A stretch of 59,597 nt of DNA from Osedax symbiont Rs2 (GCA_000416315.1 ASZI01000221.1:1-59597); one strand, 5' to 3'; shown: positions 38,973 to 49,484, counted from the first letter of the stretch. Made by a program: numbers and translations. Notes: generated by a model not told the origin, from the letters alone.

Positions 38973-40996
38973 TAAAGAATGCCGCTGTGTCTCAACAGCG
39001 CCTCAGTATCGGGCTCACGGCCGCGGAAATCGACAAACAGTTTTAGTGGTTCTTCGCTGCCGCCTTTTTGCAGAATACTGTTGAGAAACAGTTGGCCGGT
39101 TTCTACGTGGAAGATGCCTTTGCTTTCGAACAGCGAAAATGCATCGGCAGAGAGGACTTCTGCCCATTTGTAGCTGTAGTAACCCGCGGCATAGCCACCG
39201 GCGAAAATATGGCTGAAGCTGTTTTGAAAGCTGTTAAATGCCGGCGGGATAACGGCGGCAACTTGCTGGCGAATTTCATCCAGTAAAGGTTGTACGCGGC
39301 TTTCACCCGGTTGATACTCCAAGTGTAAGCGATAGTCAAACAGTGAAAACTCCAGCTGCCTGACCATGGCCATTGCCGATTGAAAGTTGCGTGCCTCCAA
39401 TAATTTGTCGAGTAATTCTGCGGGCAACGTATCACCGCTACTGAAATGGCTGGAGATGATAGCCAGGGCCTGGGGCTGCCAGCACCAATTTTCTAGGAAC
39501 TGGCTGGGGAGTTCAACCGCATCCCAAGGAACCCCATTGATACCGCTGATGTCCGCGTATTGCATCTCAGTCATCATATGATGTAAACCGTGGCCAAACT
39601 CATGGAACAGTGTGGTTAGCTCACTGTGGGTTAACAGCGCAGGATCGTTGCCAACCGGGGCATTGAAGTTGCAGACCAAATAGGCAGTGGGCAGTTGCAA
39701 CTTTCCCTGACTATCAATTCGCCGGGTGCGGCAAACATCCATCCAGGCACCACCACGTTTATTGGCGCGGGCATAAGGATCCAAATAGAAACGGGCGATC
39801 ACTGTGTTGTCGCGACTGATCTGGAATAATTTGACGTCGCTGTGCCAAGAATCAAATTGTTCAATCTCAGTGATCTGAAATTTAAATAATCTGCTGGTAA
39901 TGCTAAACAGCCCCTGCAGTACTTTGTGCATAGGGAAGTAGGGACGCAGCTGCTCCTGAGATATCGAGAACTGCTGCTGTTTGAGTTTTTCGGAATAATA
40001 GCCGACATCCCAGGCCTGCAACTGCTGGTCAGAGTGTGCGCTGGCAAACTGGCGCAGTGTTGCAAATTCAGTGCGCGCCCTGCTGACACTGTGCTGGGCT
40101 AAATCATTGAGAAAGCCTAATACATCGTCGGGGCTGTTGGCCATCTTAGTGGCCAGTGAATAATGCGCATAACTGTCAAACCCCAGTATCGTTGCCAACT
40201 CCTTGCGCAGTGCCAATAATTCATCAATGATCGGGCTATTATCCCACTGTTGCTGCCCGGAGCTATCGCTTGCAGAAGACGCTCTGGTGGCGAAAGCGGT
40301 GTACATCTCCTGGCGCAGTGCCCGGTTGTCACAGTAGGTCATTACCGGCAGGTAGGAGGGAAACTCCAAGGTGAGCAAATAACCGGGAAGCTCTTTTGCC
40401 TGTGCCGCTTGTTTGGCAGCAGCCAGTGCCAGCTCTGGCATTCCGGCTAATTGTTGTAGGTCGGTAATATTTTTCTGCCAGGCTTGAGTCGCATCTAAAA
40501 CGTTTTCAGAAAATTTAGTGCCCAGCTCAGAAGTACGCAGTTTAATTTGTGCAAAACGCTGCTGCTGTTGCTCGCCTAGAGCCACTCCGGACAGTTTGAA
40601 ATCACGCAGTGCGTTATCCAGAACTTTTTGCTGAGCGCTATTGAGTTCAGTGCGCTGAATTTGTGCATAGGCCTGATACAATTGGTGATTTTGTCCCAGC
40701 GCGGTGTAGTAGGCGGATAGTTTCGGCAGGGCCTGGTTATATGCAACGCGCAACTCATCGGTATTGCAGACGGCATTCAGGTGCGAAATCGGTGACCAGA
40801 AATTGGCCAGTGTATCGTTTAGCTGCTCCAGTGGAGCGACTAGATTGTCCCAGTTGTAGCAGCTGTTATCCGCCAACAGCTGGTTAATCTGCAGATTGTT
40901 GTACTCCAGTATCTGCTCCAGTTGGCTGTTGATGGCTGCAGAATCAAGGCTGCTAAAGTTGGGTAGATCGGCATTCGAGATATCGCTGTAAGACAT
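38972..40996 (-). CDS. prlC: Oligopeptidase A (M3 metallopeptidase)
   Basis: HEFGH zinc motif, WDAVELPSQ, FSHIFAGGYAAGYYSYKWAEVL; start reset to ATG 40996. Confidence 0.95.
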   Translation of the reverse strand: MSYSDISNADLPNFSSLDSAAINSQLEQILEYNNLQINQLLADNSCYNWDNLVAPLEQLNDTLANFWSPISHLNAVCNTDELRVAYNQALPKLSAYYTALGQNHQLYQAYAQIQRTELNSAQQKVLDNALRDFKLSGVALGEQQQQRFAQIKLRTSELGTKFSENVLDATQAWQKNITDLQQLAGMPELALAAAKQAAQAKELPGYLLTLEFPSYLPVMTYCDNRALRQEMYTAFATRASSASDSSGQQQWDNSPIIDELLALRKELATILGFDSYAHYSLATKMANSPDDVLGFLNDLAQHSVSRARTEFATLRQFASAHSDQQLQAWDVGYYSEKLKQQQFSISQEQLRPYFPMHKVLQGLFSITSRLFKFQITEIEQFDSWHSDVKLFQISRDNTVIARFYLDPYARANKRGGAWMDVCRTRRIDSQGKLQLPTAYLVCNFNAPVGNDPALLTHSELTTLFHEFGHGLHHMMTEMQYADISGINGVPWDAVELPSQFLENWCWQPQALAIISSHFSSGDTLPAELLDKLLEARNFQSAMAMVRQLEFSLFDYRLHLEYQPGESRVQPLLDEIRQQVAAVIPPAFNSFQNSFSHIFAGGYAAGYYSYKWAEVLSADAFSLFESKGIFHVETGQLFLNSILQKGGSEEPLKLFVDFRGREPDTEALLRHSGIL

Positions 40997-41319
40997 TAAT
41001 AATGCTCCGCATAAAAAAGCTGTGAAAGCGCCTCTAGGCACATATTTGCACTAGTGCATACTATGATCTGCCAGTGTCGCTAGACAAGCGCAGAGAGACT
41101 ATTGCAAGATAGCTTTATAATAGTGACAAATAATTGAAATTCAACTGCAAAGGTAACAGCAGCACAGCGCGTACAGGAACTCTTGCGCGAGAATAACAGC
41201 CGCGTAAAAGGCGATTTTGTCGATTTTCAACGCAGTGCTGTAACGGCGCTGAGTATCTATATCCGCTGGTTGGCGACGCAGTAAATATAATAGTCCATTA
41301 GCTAATGAGAGAGATGAAT

Positions 41320-41862
41320 ATGAACATAAGACCTTATCAGGGCATTACCCCCACACTCGGGCAGAGGGTGTTTGTAGACCCATCGGCCGTAGTGCTAGGC
41401 GATGTGATCTTAGCAGAGGACGTATCGGTTTGGCCTACTGCCGTCATACGCGGTGATGTGCAAAGTATCAGGGTTGGGGCGCGAACCAGTGTCCAGGATG
41501 GCGCAATTTTGCATGTCACTCATAGGGGGGCGGGAAACCCGGATGGTCTGGCGCTGAATATAGGGGCAGAGGTAACCATTGGTCACTTGGCGATGTTGCA
41601 CGGCTGTACAGTGGCAGACCAGGTGCTGATTGGCATGGGCTCGATGGTCATGGATGGGGCTGTGGTTGAATCGCAGGTAGTACTGGGAGCTGGCTCTCTG
41701 GTACCTCCCGGGAAGGTATTGCGCAGTGGATATCTGTATGTGGGGCGCCCGGCAGTGCAAGTACGGCCATTAACCGAGCAAGAATTAGCTTTTTTTAGTT
41801 ATACAGCCGGAAATTATGTCAGCTGGAAAAATCAGCATATGCAGGAGGAATGGGCAGACTAG
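41320..41862 (+). CDS. Gamma carbonic anhydrase family protein (YrdA-like)
   Basis: Hexapeptide repeats, IRGDV, VQDGAILH, GHLAMLHGC; divergent from prlC; start could be 41305 or 41314. Confidence 0.9.
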   Translation: MNIRPYQGITPTLGQRVFVDPSAVVLGDVILAEDVSVWPTAVIRGDVQSIRVGARTSVQDGAILHVTHRGAGNPDGLALNIGAEVTIGHLAMLHGCTVADQVLIGMGSMVMDGAVVESQVVLGAGSLVPPGKVLRSGYLYVGRPAVQVRPLTEQELAFFSYTAGNYVSWKNQHMQEEWAD

Positions 41863-42108
41863 GTCATTGCTGTAGCTGTTGTTGTAGCTGTTGGATGTGC
41901 GTACAATGGAACTCGACAATAATAAAACCAGATAAGAAATATTAGTGCTAAAACGCGATTAAAGCATCGCAATTTCATTTTTTAGCTGATGTTGAGAATT
42001 GAGTTTTGCCTCTGTTTCTCAATAGGGTCTGCAATAATAAAAGGACTTAGTTTTGTACTGAACCCGCAGCAGAAACTCGCTAATATTTCCGATGACTAAG
42101 AGAGTGTC

Positions 42109-42771
42109 ATGAATATTCCACGTAAAATTATCATTGCTGATGACCATCCGCTGTTTAGACAAGCGCTATTGCAAACACTCATGTTAAAGCTACCCAATGT
42201 CAGTTGGCTAGAGGCGGAAACCGTTGGACAATTGCACACTCTATTAGATGAAAACAAAGATGCCGACCTGATTCTTCTGGATCTTAACATCCCCGGTGCG
42301 CATGGCTTCAATACCCTGATAAAAACCCGTGGTCAATACCCGCAATTGCCGGTAGTAGTGGTCTCTGCCTATGAAGACGATGAGACTGTGATCAAGGCGA
42401 TGGAATTTGGAGCGGCGGGCTTTGTGCCTAAGTCAACGCCTGTAGAACAGATTTTTAAAGCGATTCAGCAAGTGTTGCAAGGCGGAACTTGGATCCCTGA
42501 ACACATCAATTTGGATAGAGTCAATGACAGCTCGGACATTGGCGGGGGAAACAGTTCACTGACTCCACAGCAACATAAAATTTTATTAATGTTTGCCGAC
42601 GGGCTGTTAAATAAGCAGATCGCTCACCAGCTCAGTCTATCAGAGGCGACGGTTAAAGCGCACGCCACCGCTATTTTCCGCAAACTCAAAGTACTCAACA
42701 GAACCCAGGCGGTGATCGCGATCAGTCAACTGGAAGTCGGATCATCTACTTTTGTGTCCAGCAGCGAATAA
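42109..42771 (+). CDS. NarL/LuxR-family response regulator (CrbR/ErdR-like)
   Basis: IIADDHPLFRQAL, LLDLNIPG receiver; LTPQQHKIL..GLLNKQIA..TVKAH..NRTQAV HTH; adjacent to an SLC5-fused kinase. Confidence 0.88.
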   Translation: MNIPRKIIIADDHPLFRQALLQTLMLKLPNVSWLEAETVGQLHTLLDENKDADLILLDLNIPGAHGFNTLIKTRGQYPQLPVVVVSAYEDDETVIKAMEFGAAGFVPKSTPVEQIFKAIQQVLQGGTWIPEHINLDRVNDSSDIGGGNSSLTPQQHKILLMFADGLLNKQIAHQLSLSEATVKAHATAIFRKLKVLNRTQAVIAISQLEVGSSTFVSSSE

Positions 42772-45700
42772 TCTTGCTGTAATTTCTGAGTCAGCATAGA
42801 GCTAATTAGCGCCCTCAAGGTCGCAGGTTTCATCGGTTTCTTCATGAAATTAAAGCCCGCTTCAGCGACTGCAGCGGGTAAATTTGGATCGGTTGTCGCA
42901 GTGATTAGTACCCCCGGAATACCATAGGAAGAGTCGGCATTTATCTCTGTCATCAGCTCGAGACCGGTTTTATCCTCAGATAGCTGATAGTCCATCAGCA
43001 TAATATCTATGTCATCGTTGTACTGAGTATAATATTGCAGTGCCTCAGTACTGTTATCACAGGCCAGTCCCTGACACTCCCAAGCCTGTAACAGGGCAAT
43101 CATGGCTGACAGTACATTGGGGTCATTTTCAATACACAACACGGTAACTCCCTGCAGGCTAATCACTCTGCTACTTACCGCTTCTTGGGAGCTCTGTCGC
43201 CCCTGGGTGACTGGAACTTGTACGGAAAAATTACAGCCGCGGCCGGTGCCTGAACGCAAACGCAGAGGGTGGTTGAGCAGCTGGCTAAAACCTTTGGCTA
43301 TATTTAGCCCCAGTCCCAGGCCCTTGGAGCTACTCGGCTGATGTGCTGCAAGCTGAGTAAACTGTTCAAAAACCAGCGACTGCTTATCCGTGGCGATGCC
43401 GGGCCCATTATCCAGCACTTCTATGGATACGCTATTTTGTTGTCTGCGACAGCCCAGTAGCACTCGTCCTGGACTTGCATAGCGAAAGGCGTTGGCAATC
43501 AAGTTGTGTAAAATGCGGCGCAGTAAATGCGGATCGGAATACAGCCAGACGGAGCTGTCCACGACATGCAATTGAATGTTTTTATACTCTTCGTGTGCGT
43601 TGAACTCACTCGCCAGGGAGTTGAACAGCTGCGCAATCGGGAAAGCTATGTTGTTGGCTCTGATATTGCCACTTTCTATTCTGGCGATATCGCCGAGCTC
43701 ACTGAGTAAATTGCTGGCAACTTTTAATGAGTTTTCTATATTGGCAACATAGCCCAAGTGCTCCTTATTGAGTCCTTTTTGAAAAGACAATGCGGTAGTA
43801 AATAGCCGTGCCGCCTCCAGAGGTTGCATCAGGTCGTGGCTACAGGCATTTAAGTACTGGCTTTTTTTAACATGTGCCTGGACGGCCTTTTGTCGCTCAC
43901 CCTCAAGCTCTATATTGGAGCGCTCTAAACTTTGAGTGCGTTCTGAAACGCGTGTTTCCAAACCTTGGTTGGCTTCGCGCAATACTTGTTCAGCTTGTCT
44001 AAAGGCACTGATATCGGAAAATAGCATCACATAGCCGCCGTCGGGCAATGGGTTGCCCTGGATGCGTATTACTTGGCCGCTGTTGTTTTTGCGCTCAGAG
44101 CTATGCGAATTGCCGCGCTGCAGGTGTTGCAATTTACGGCGGATTATCTCCTCAATATTGCCGGGACCACAACGCCCCTGATGGACATTGTAGCGAATCA
44201 ATTTCTCGATCGGACAGCCGACGTATAACAACTCTTGCGGATAATTAAACAGCTCAATATAGCGGCTGTTCCAGACCACTAAGTTCAACTCGCTGTCTAC
44301 TACCGAAATTCCCTCTGTACTGTTTTCGATGGCGCTGTGCAGTAGTTTAAGGCTAAATTTGGTGCCATGTGTGGAGGCGTCTTCGATCAACATCGCTATC
44401 TGGTCTAAGGCGATTTCTTTGCCTTGCAGAGCCGAGGAAATGACCAGGCGGGTTGAGGCCGAACCCATGACGCTAGTGAGCATCTGCTCCGTGTGTTCGA
44501 TCAGCTTGTGATTGTAAAATCTGGAGCCCAACTTGTGGGCGTCGTGGGAAGCCTGGAACTGTTTAAAGCTCAGTTTGGCTTTTTCTTCGCCGACAAATCG
44601 AGACGCCAGTAACTGCAATTCACTGGCGTCGATGTTTCTATTAATAGGTGGGCGCAGGCTATCCGGGCTCTGCCAGTCGAGGAAGTGGGAAGCTTGTACT
44701 CGCTCTTGGACACTCTGGCGACTAAACTGCGAAACCCACCACATAATAAAAACGTTAACCACTAAGCTCAATAGCGAAACACTCATATGAGAGGGCAGTA
44801 AGCCATCGGCTACAGGTGGCGGGTACAAGCCAAATTGTGGCAGCAGGTTCAGGAAAAACCACAAGCTAAAACCGGCGCCAAGCCCACAAACCACTCCGGT
44901 TAAACTACTTGATCGCCAATAAAATGCAGCCATCAATGCCGGGGTCAGCTGAGCCACGGCACCAAAGGCAACTTCTCCTAACGAGGAGAGTTTATCGGGT
45001 GGAGCCGCCAGAAATACTCCGTAACCAAGCAGTATCACCAAAAATGCCAAAATTTTTCTGACGCTCAGCAAGCGGGCTTTAAAACGAGAGAAGTCGCTTT
45101 CATTGCCCTGGTATTTTCCAAACAGCAGCGGAAAAAATATTTCGTTACTGAGCATAGTGCTCAGAGCGATAGCGGCAATGATAACCATCGAGCTGGCGGC
45201 TGAAATAGCCCCCAAAAACGCCAGTAATGTTAGCCAGAACTGATTTTGGCTGGCTGGTAGAAACAGCACATAGGCATCGGCAGAGACAGAGTCCCCCAAT
45301 ATCAATTGACCAGCCAACCCTAAGGGGATGGCAAATACTGCAAATATCAACAGGTAGCCGGGAAAGACAAAGCGCGATAATTCTGAATCCGCGGCATTGC
45401 GCAGTTCAACTACCATCACCTGAAATTGCCGCGGCAGTGCCAAAAAGGCGGCCATGGCGATGACTAAACCGCCCAACATAGTGGCTAAATTGGGGAACTT
45501 CAACTGCGCAGAGAGCAGCGCATTTGCTTTAGAGGCCTGCCAGAGATCTGCCGGCGAATCGTAGATAAAAAACACCACGAACAAGCCTAATACCAGAAAA
45601 GCGATTAGCTTGACCAGTGATTCAAAGGCGATTGCCAGCATTACCCCGGGGTGACGCTCAGTGACATCCACCGACCTGATGCCAAACAGTAAGGTGAAAC

Positions 45701-46196
45701 CGGTCAGTATCAGGGTTACTACTAAGCCGGTCTGCCAGGAGCTCAGTTCAGGTGCCAGGGTCAGTTGTTTGTAGGAGTAGACGATGGCTTTGAGCTGCAA
45801 TGCAATGTAGGGCATAGTGCCGATCAGTGCCACTAAGGTGACAATCACTGCCAGTTTCTGCGATTTCCCGTAGCGGGCAGCCAGTAGATCGGCGATCGAG
45901 GTAACATTCAGCTTCAGACTGGTTTTGATAATGCGTTGAACAAAGGGCCAGGCGAATACAAACAGTAAGATAGGGCCGAGAAAGATAGGTAAATGTGAAA
46001 AAATGCTGTTGGCCGCCTGAGCGGTAGTGCCTAAGAAACTCCAGGAGGTGCAATATACTCCCAAGGTCAGGGCATAGGTTATCGGCTGACTTTTCTGTGG
46101 AATTTTATGACGAAATTTATCACCGATGAAGGCAATTAAAAAAAGCAGGCCGATATAGCCGATGCTGATAGTTATTAATTGCCAATTTTGAAACAT
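42726..46196 (-). CDS. SLC5 transporter-fused hybrid sensor histidine kinase (CrbS/MxtR-like)
   Basis: N-terminal SSF-like membrane domain (YCTSWSF, PYIALQLKA, LPRQFQV), PAS, H-box SHDLMQPL, DNGPGI, GLGLGL, C-terminal receiver (MDYQL). Confidence 0.88.
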   Translation of the reverse strand: MFQNWQLITISIGYIGLLFLIAFIGDKFRHKIPQKSQPITYALTLGVYCTSWSFLGTTAQAANSIFSHLPIFLGPILLFVFAWPFVQRIIKTSLKLNVTSIADLLAARYGKSQKLAVIVTLVALIGTMPYIALQLKAIVYSYKQLTLAPELSSWQTGLVVTLILTGFTLLFGIRSVDVTERHPGVMLAIAFESLVKLIAFLVLGLFVVFFIYDSPADLWQASKANALLSAQLKFPNLATMLGGLVIAMAAFLALPRQFQVMVVELRNAADSELSRFVFPGYLLIFAVFAIPLGLAGQLILGDSVSADAYVLFLPASQNQFWLTLLAFLGAISAASSMVIIAAIALSTMLSNEIFFPLLFGKYQGNESDFSRFKARLLSVRKILAFLVILLGYGVFLAAPPDKLSSLGEVAFGAVAQLTPALMAAFYWRSSSLTGVVCGLGAGFSLWFFLNLLPQFGLYPPPVADGLLPSHMSVSLLSLVVNVFIMWWVSQFSRQSVQERVQASHFLDWQSPDSLRPPINRNIDASELQLLASRFVGEEKAKLSFKQFQASHDAHKLGSRFYNHKLIEHTEQMLTSVMGSASTRLVISSALQGKEIALDQIAMLIEDASTHGTKFSLKLLHSAIENSTEGISVVDSELNLVVWNSRYIELFNYPQELLYVGCPIEKLIRYNVHQGRCGPGNIEEIIRRKLQHLQRGNSHSSERKNNSGQVIRIQGNPLPDGGYVMLFSDISAFRQAEQVLREANQGLETRVSERTQSLERSNIELEGERQKAVQAHVKKSQYLNACSHDLMQPLEAARLFTTALSFQKGLNKEHLGYVANIENSLKVASNLLSELGDIARIESGNIRANNIAFPIAQLFNSLASEFNAHEEYKNIQLHVVDSSVWLYSDPHLLRRILHNLIANAFRYASPGRVLLGCRRQQNSVSIEVLDNGPGIATDKQSLVFEQFTQLAAHQPSSSKGLGLGLNIAKGFSQLLNHPLRLRSGTGRGCNFSVQVPVTQGRQSSQEAVSSRVISLQGVTVLCIENDPNVLSAMIALLQAWECQGLACDNSTEALQYYTQYNDDIDIMLMDYQLSEDKTGLELMTEINADSSYGIPGVLITATTDPNLPAAVAEAGFNFMKKPMKPATLRALISSMLTQKLQQDYSLLDTKVDDPTSS

Positions 46197-46245
46197 AGAT
46201 CAATTCTCAAAGAGGGATGTTTGTGAAGTACCTGCAACGCTAATG

Positions 46246-46683
46246 CTATTGAGTTGTACTGGTAAATTCACTGATATAAGAGCCACCTTTTATATTGGCA
46301 ATAATGCGCAATTTTTGATCTGAGCCGGGGTTATCGATCAGTGGCCCCAAAGTGGTTTCTGCCCGCCAGTAATAGGGGCTATCGGTCATGCCCAAGGGGT
46401 AGCTAGCAGCGTTATTGTTAGCATCGACAATAAACAAAGTGGCAGTGTCCAGAGGATAAGTGCTGTTCACTAAGGTCTGGCCCTGTTGATGAGATATGCT
46501 GAGTAAAAATTGATCGGATTCTAAAATGCAATTTTTCGCTTTAATATCACATTGGTTTTGCACTTTCATAGTGAAAATTCTTTTTTCAGCAGCTTGGTGC
46601 TCTTCGTACATATCGGTAACGGCGAACCCTATTATGGCTAAAAAAGGCGCGATAAAAATGGCAATTTTGCTGTGTTTGTTCAC
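46246..46683 (-). CDS. Hypothetical protein with N-terminal membrane anchor
   Basis: 145 aa; IAIFIAPFLAIIGF hydrophobic segment, C-x6-C pair; GTG start; co-oriented just upstream of the kinase. Confidence 0.7.
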   Translation of the reverse strand: MNKHSKIAIFIAPFLAIIGFAVTDMYEEHQAAEKRIFTMKVQNQCDIKAKNCILESDQFLLSISHQQGQTLVNSTYPLDTATLFIVDANNNAASYPLGMTDSPYYWRAETTLGPLIDNPGSDQKLRIIANIKGGSYISEFTSTTQ

Positions 46684-46863
46684 TGGTTATATCCGTAGAT
46701 TATTTTTTTAATTGTATAGCTATTGAATATACATGCTTGTTGCAGACTATCTATAGAAAAGTACCACAAATATAGAGCTATAGAAGTGAGTTGGCTCAAA
46801 ACTTGAAATAGATCAACTATCAGCTGTTAGTAAGAAGGTTGCGACTTAGCGTGAAAGTATCGC

Positions 46864-46888
46864 AAAGATAGGCCCCGAAGGGCCTATC
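46864..46888 (-). terminator. Terminator hairpin after the symporter
   Basis: Minus strand reads GATAGGCCC-TTCG-GGGCCTATC-TTT (cUUCGg tetraloop). Confidence 0.75.
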
Positions 46889-46906
46889 GGCTTAGATCAA
46901 TGACCT

Positions 46907-48646
46907 TTAATGATCATGTGCTGCAGACACGCCCCCTGCTGGGGTGCGAAAGTTATCAACCATCTGCTGTATTTCAACAGGCGCTGGTCCGGTTACTTTA
47001 GTGACAGCAAAAGCCACTGCAAAGTTAACCACTGCACCTATTACACCAAAGGCGTTGGGTGAAATTCCGAAGAACCAATTTGCATCCATACCCCCGAGGA
47101 AGGAAGTGCCGGGGATAAACATTATGCCTTTGTGCATAAACACGTACAGCATAGTGATGCCGATACCTGAACACATGCCCCAGACAGCAGCTTGACCATT
47201 GATTTTACGGGAGAAGATGCCCATCATTAGTGCCGGGAAGATAGAAGCTGCGGCCAAACCAAAGGCCAGCGCGACCGTCCCTGCGGCAAATCCAGGCGGA
47301 TTAAGCCCCAGGTAGCCAGAGACTAAAATTGCCACAGTCATCACTCCTCGTCCCGCCAGTAACTCATTCTTCTCTGAAAGATCAGGCATAAATACCCCTT
47401 TCATTAAATCGTGTGACACTGAGGAGGAGATAGCCAGCAGCAGACCAGCGGCAGTTGAAAGTGCAGCTGCCAGGCCACCGGCAGCGACTAATGCGATTAC
47501 CCAGTTAGGTAAGTTGGCGATTGCCGGGTTGGCAAGCACCATAATGTCACGGTCAACTTTAACCATTTCATTGCTGGACTTGTCAGCAGTATATTGAATT
47601 TTACCATCACCGTTTTTGTCTTCAAACTTCAATAGGCCAGTTTTTTCCCAATCCTTGAACCACTGTGGACGCTCGGCATAGACTAGGTTTTCACCCGCTG
47701 TGGGCTCGATTGTGCTCATCAAGTTCAAGCGTGCCATAGCGCCAACTGCCGGGGCAACTGTGTATAACAAAGCGATAAATACCAGTGCGTAACCCGCTGA
47801 AGAACGTGCTGCTTTTACTGAAGGTACAGTGAAGAAGCGCATGATTACATGTGGCAGACCGGCAGTACCTATCATAAGCGATAGAGTGTAGGCGATCATG
47901 TTAGCGTTATTGCCCAGCTGACCCGTAGTGTATTCTTTAAAGCCTAATTCAGTCACAACCAAGTCAAGCTTATCCAGCAAATACATGCCGCTGCCATCAG
48001 ACAAAGTGCTGCCCAGACCAAGCTGTGGAATCGGGTTACCGGTTAGCTGCATTGAAATGAACACAGCGGGGATAGTGTAGGCAAAGATAAGTACACAGTA
48101 CTGAGCAATCTGCGTATAAGTGATACCTTTCATACCACCAAGTACCGCGTAGACCCACACAACACCCATGCCTATACCAAGTCCCAGGCCGTAATCTACT
48201 TCCAGAAAGCGCGAGAAAGCGACCCCCACACCTTTCATCTGACCGATAATATAGGTCAGAGAGGCGATGATCAGGCAGGCAACGGCGACGATGCGAGCGG
48301 TTTTAGAGTAGTATCTATCACCGATAAATTCCGGCACTGTAAATTTGCCGTGCTTACGCATATAAGGCGCTAAGCACATAGCCAGTATGACGTAGCCGCC
48401 GGTCCAGCCCATTAGGAATACAGAGCCGCCGTAACCTAGGAAAGCAATCAAGCCCGCCATTGAGATAAATGAGGCGGCGCTCATCCAGTCGGCTGCGATA
48501 GCCATGCCATTTTGCAACGGGCCAATACCGCCACCGGCGACGTAGAATTCTTTAGTTGTTCCCGCGCGAGCCCACCAGGCAATGGCGAAGTACATAGCAA
48601 AAGAGCCAAAAACGGCTATATAGGTATAAAGTTTTAACTCATCCAT
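46907..48646 (-). CDS. Sodium:solute symporter, ActP-like (probable acetate/monocarboxylate permease)
   Basis: NGMAIAADWMSAASFISMAG, GWTGGY, GGMKGITYTQ, GTAGLPHVIMRFFTVP; paired with DUF4212. Confidence 0.9.
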   Translation of the reverse strand: MDELKLYTYIAVFGSFAMYFAIAWWARAGTTKEFYVAGGGIGPLQNGMAIAADWMSAASFISMAGLIAFLGYGGSVFLMGWTGGYVILAMCLAPYMRKHGKFTVPEFIGDRYYSKTARIVAVACLIIASLTYIIGQMKGVGVAFSRFLEVDYGLGLGIGMGVVWVYAVLGGMKGITYTQIAQYCVLIFAYTIPAVFISMQLTGNPIPQLGLGSTLSDGSGMYLLDKLDLVVTELGFKEYTTGQLGNNANMIAYTLSLMIGTAGLPHVIMRFFTVPSVKAARSSAGYALVFIALLYTVAPAVGAMARLNLMSTIEPTAGENLVYAERPQWFKDWEKTGLLKFEDKNGDGKIQYTADKSSNEMVKVDRDIMVLANPAIANLPNWVIALVAAGGLAAALSTAAGLLLAISSSVSHDLMKGVFMPDLSEKNELLAGRGVMTVAILVSGYLGLNPPGFAAGTVALAFGLAAASIFPALMMGIFSRKINGQAAVWGMCSGIGITMLYVFMHKGIMFIPGTSFLGGMDANWFFGISPNAFGVIGAVVNFAVAFAVTKVTGPAPVEIQQMVDNFRTPAGGVSAAHDH

Positions 48647-48649
48647 AAC

Positions 48650-48901
48650 TTACTCCTCTACACCGTATTTTTTATCTAGCTGATTCATTTTAAATGAATA
48701 CCAGAACACTAAAGCGACAAAAGTGACTATAGATCCCTGTTGCGCGAACCAGAAGCCAAGTTTGTAACCGCCTAATTTAATGGTATTTAGTGGTTCAACT
48801 AAGACTAAGCCAAAGCCGTATGAAACGACGAACCAAATGATCAGGCATTTCATGATTATGCGCAGGTTGTCCTGCCAATACGATGAATTGTCTTTCACCA
48901 T
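48650..48901 (-). CDS. DUF4212 small membrane subunit of the symporter
   Basis: YWQDNL, GFWFAQQGSI, LDKKYGV; AAGGAG RBS before ATG 48901. Confidence 0.88.
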   Translation of the reverse strand: MVKDNSSYWQDNLRIIMKCLIIWFVVSYGFGLVLVEPLNTIKLGGYKLGFWFAQQGSIVTFVALVFWYSFKMNQLDKKYGVEE

Positions 48902-49097
48902 AATCTCCTTCAAGCATATTATCTGGCGATAATGTGCCATGCTGTTGTTTTTATATTTTTGGATGGCTTCTCTGAAGATTGTTGCTAAAAATACACTTCT
49001 CTAAAGATAACACCGTTTACGGAGAGTGAATCTGTAGTGCTTATGCCGACAGGTTTACCCTCTATACAGGCTAGCAATATTTGCACCAGCGAGAAAT

Positions 49098-49110
49098 TAC
49101 ACTTTAGTCT
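49098..49110. promoter_or_regulatory. Candidate CrbR/ErdR operator
   Basis: Minus strand AGAC-TAAA-GTGTA, a near match to a GAC-N4-GTC inverted repeat (motif recalled, not verified), about 200 bp upstream of the DUF4212-symporter operon. Confidence 0.3.
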
Positions 49111-49484
49111 TATAGCTTGTTGTCAGTCTTGATTGGCTAGTCACAAATGCAGGGCTGGATGTCAGGCAATCAATGCATCAGAGGCGAAAGGCTGTGCTCG
49201 CTGTATTGGCACAGAGGCAGTTTTTGCAGGCGGGGGAGATACTGTGTCACATCGTCAAATCTAGTTTGAGAGCCGGCGAATCGCTGATCTTGACTGTAAA
49301 ATTTTGCAACCCAAACCAATCAGCCCACTGCCGGGGTAGCATAACAAGCAGCTGTGCGAATGTGGCTGTGCGCAGTATTGGAGTTCAACATAAAGCTTGC
49401 GGCATCAGCCGGGCGAAACTGTGCTGTAAAAAAGTCCAAGGGTGAATGTCTCAGATAAGGACTGGCTAATCGGTATCGACTATT

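Noticed and set aside
39099-39114. parS-like GTTTCTACGTGGAAGA in prlC
   Set aside because: Several core mismatches in coding sequence; expected by chance.
41871-41893. Tandem TGTAGCTGTTG repeat after the gamma-CA gene
   Set aside because: Only two copies of a low-complexity unit; no spacers and no cas genes, so not CRISPR-like.
47131-47139. TGTGCATAA DnaA-box match (another lies in ftsE near 53537)
   Set aside because: Isolated relaxed-consensus 9-mers inside CDS; chance level.
49173-49445. 90-aa plus-strand ORF in the DUF4212-rsmD gap
   Set aside because: No RBS, no recognisable motif and atypical composition. No ncRNA was recognisable in this gap by eye either; an Rfam search would be needed to exclude one.
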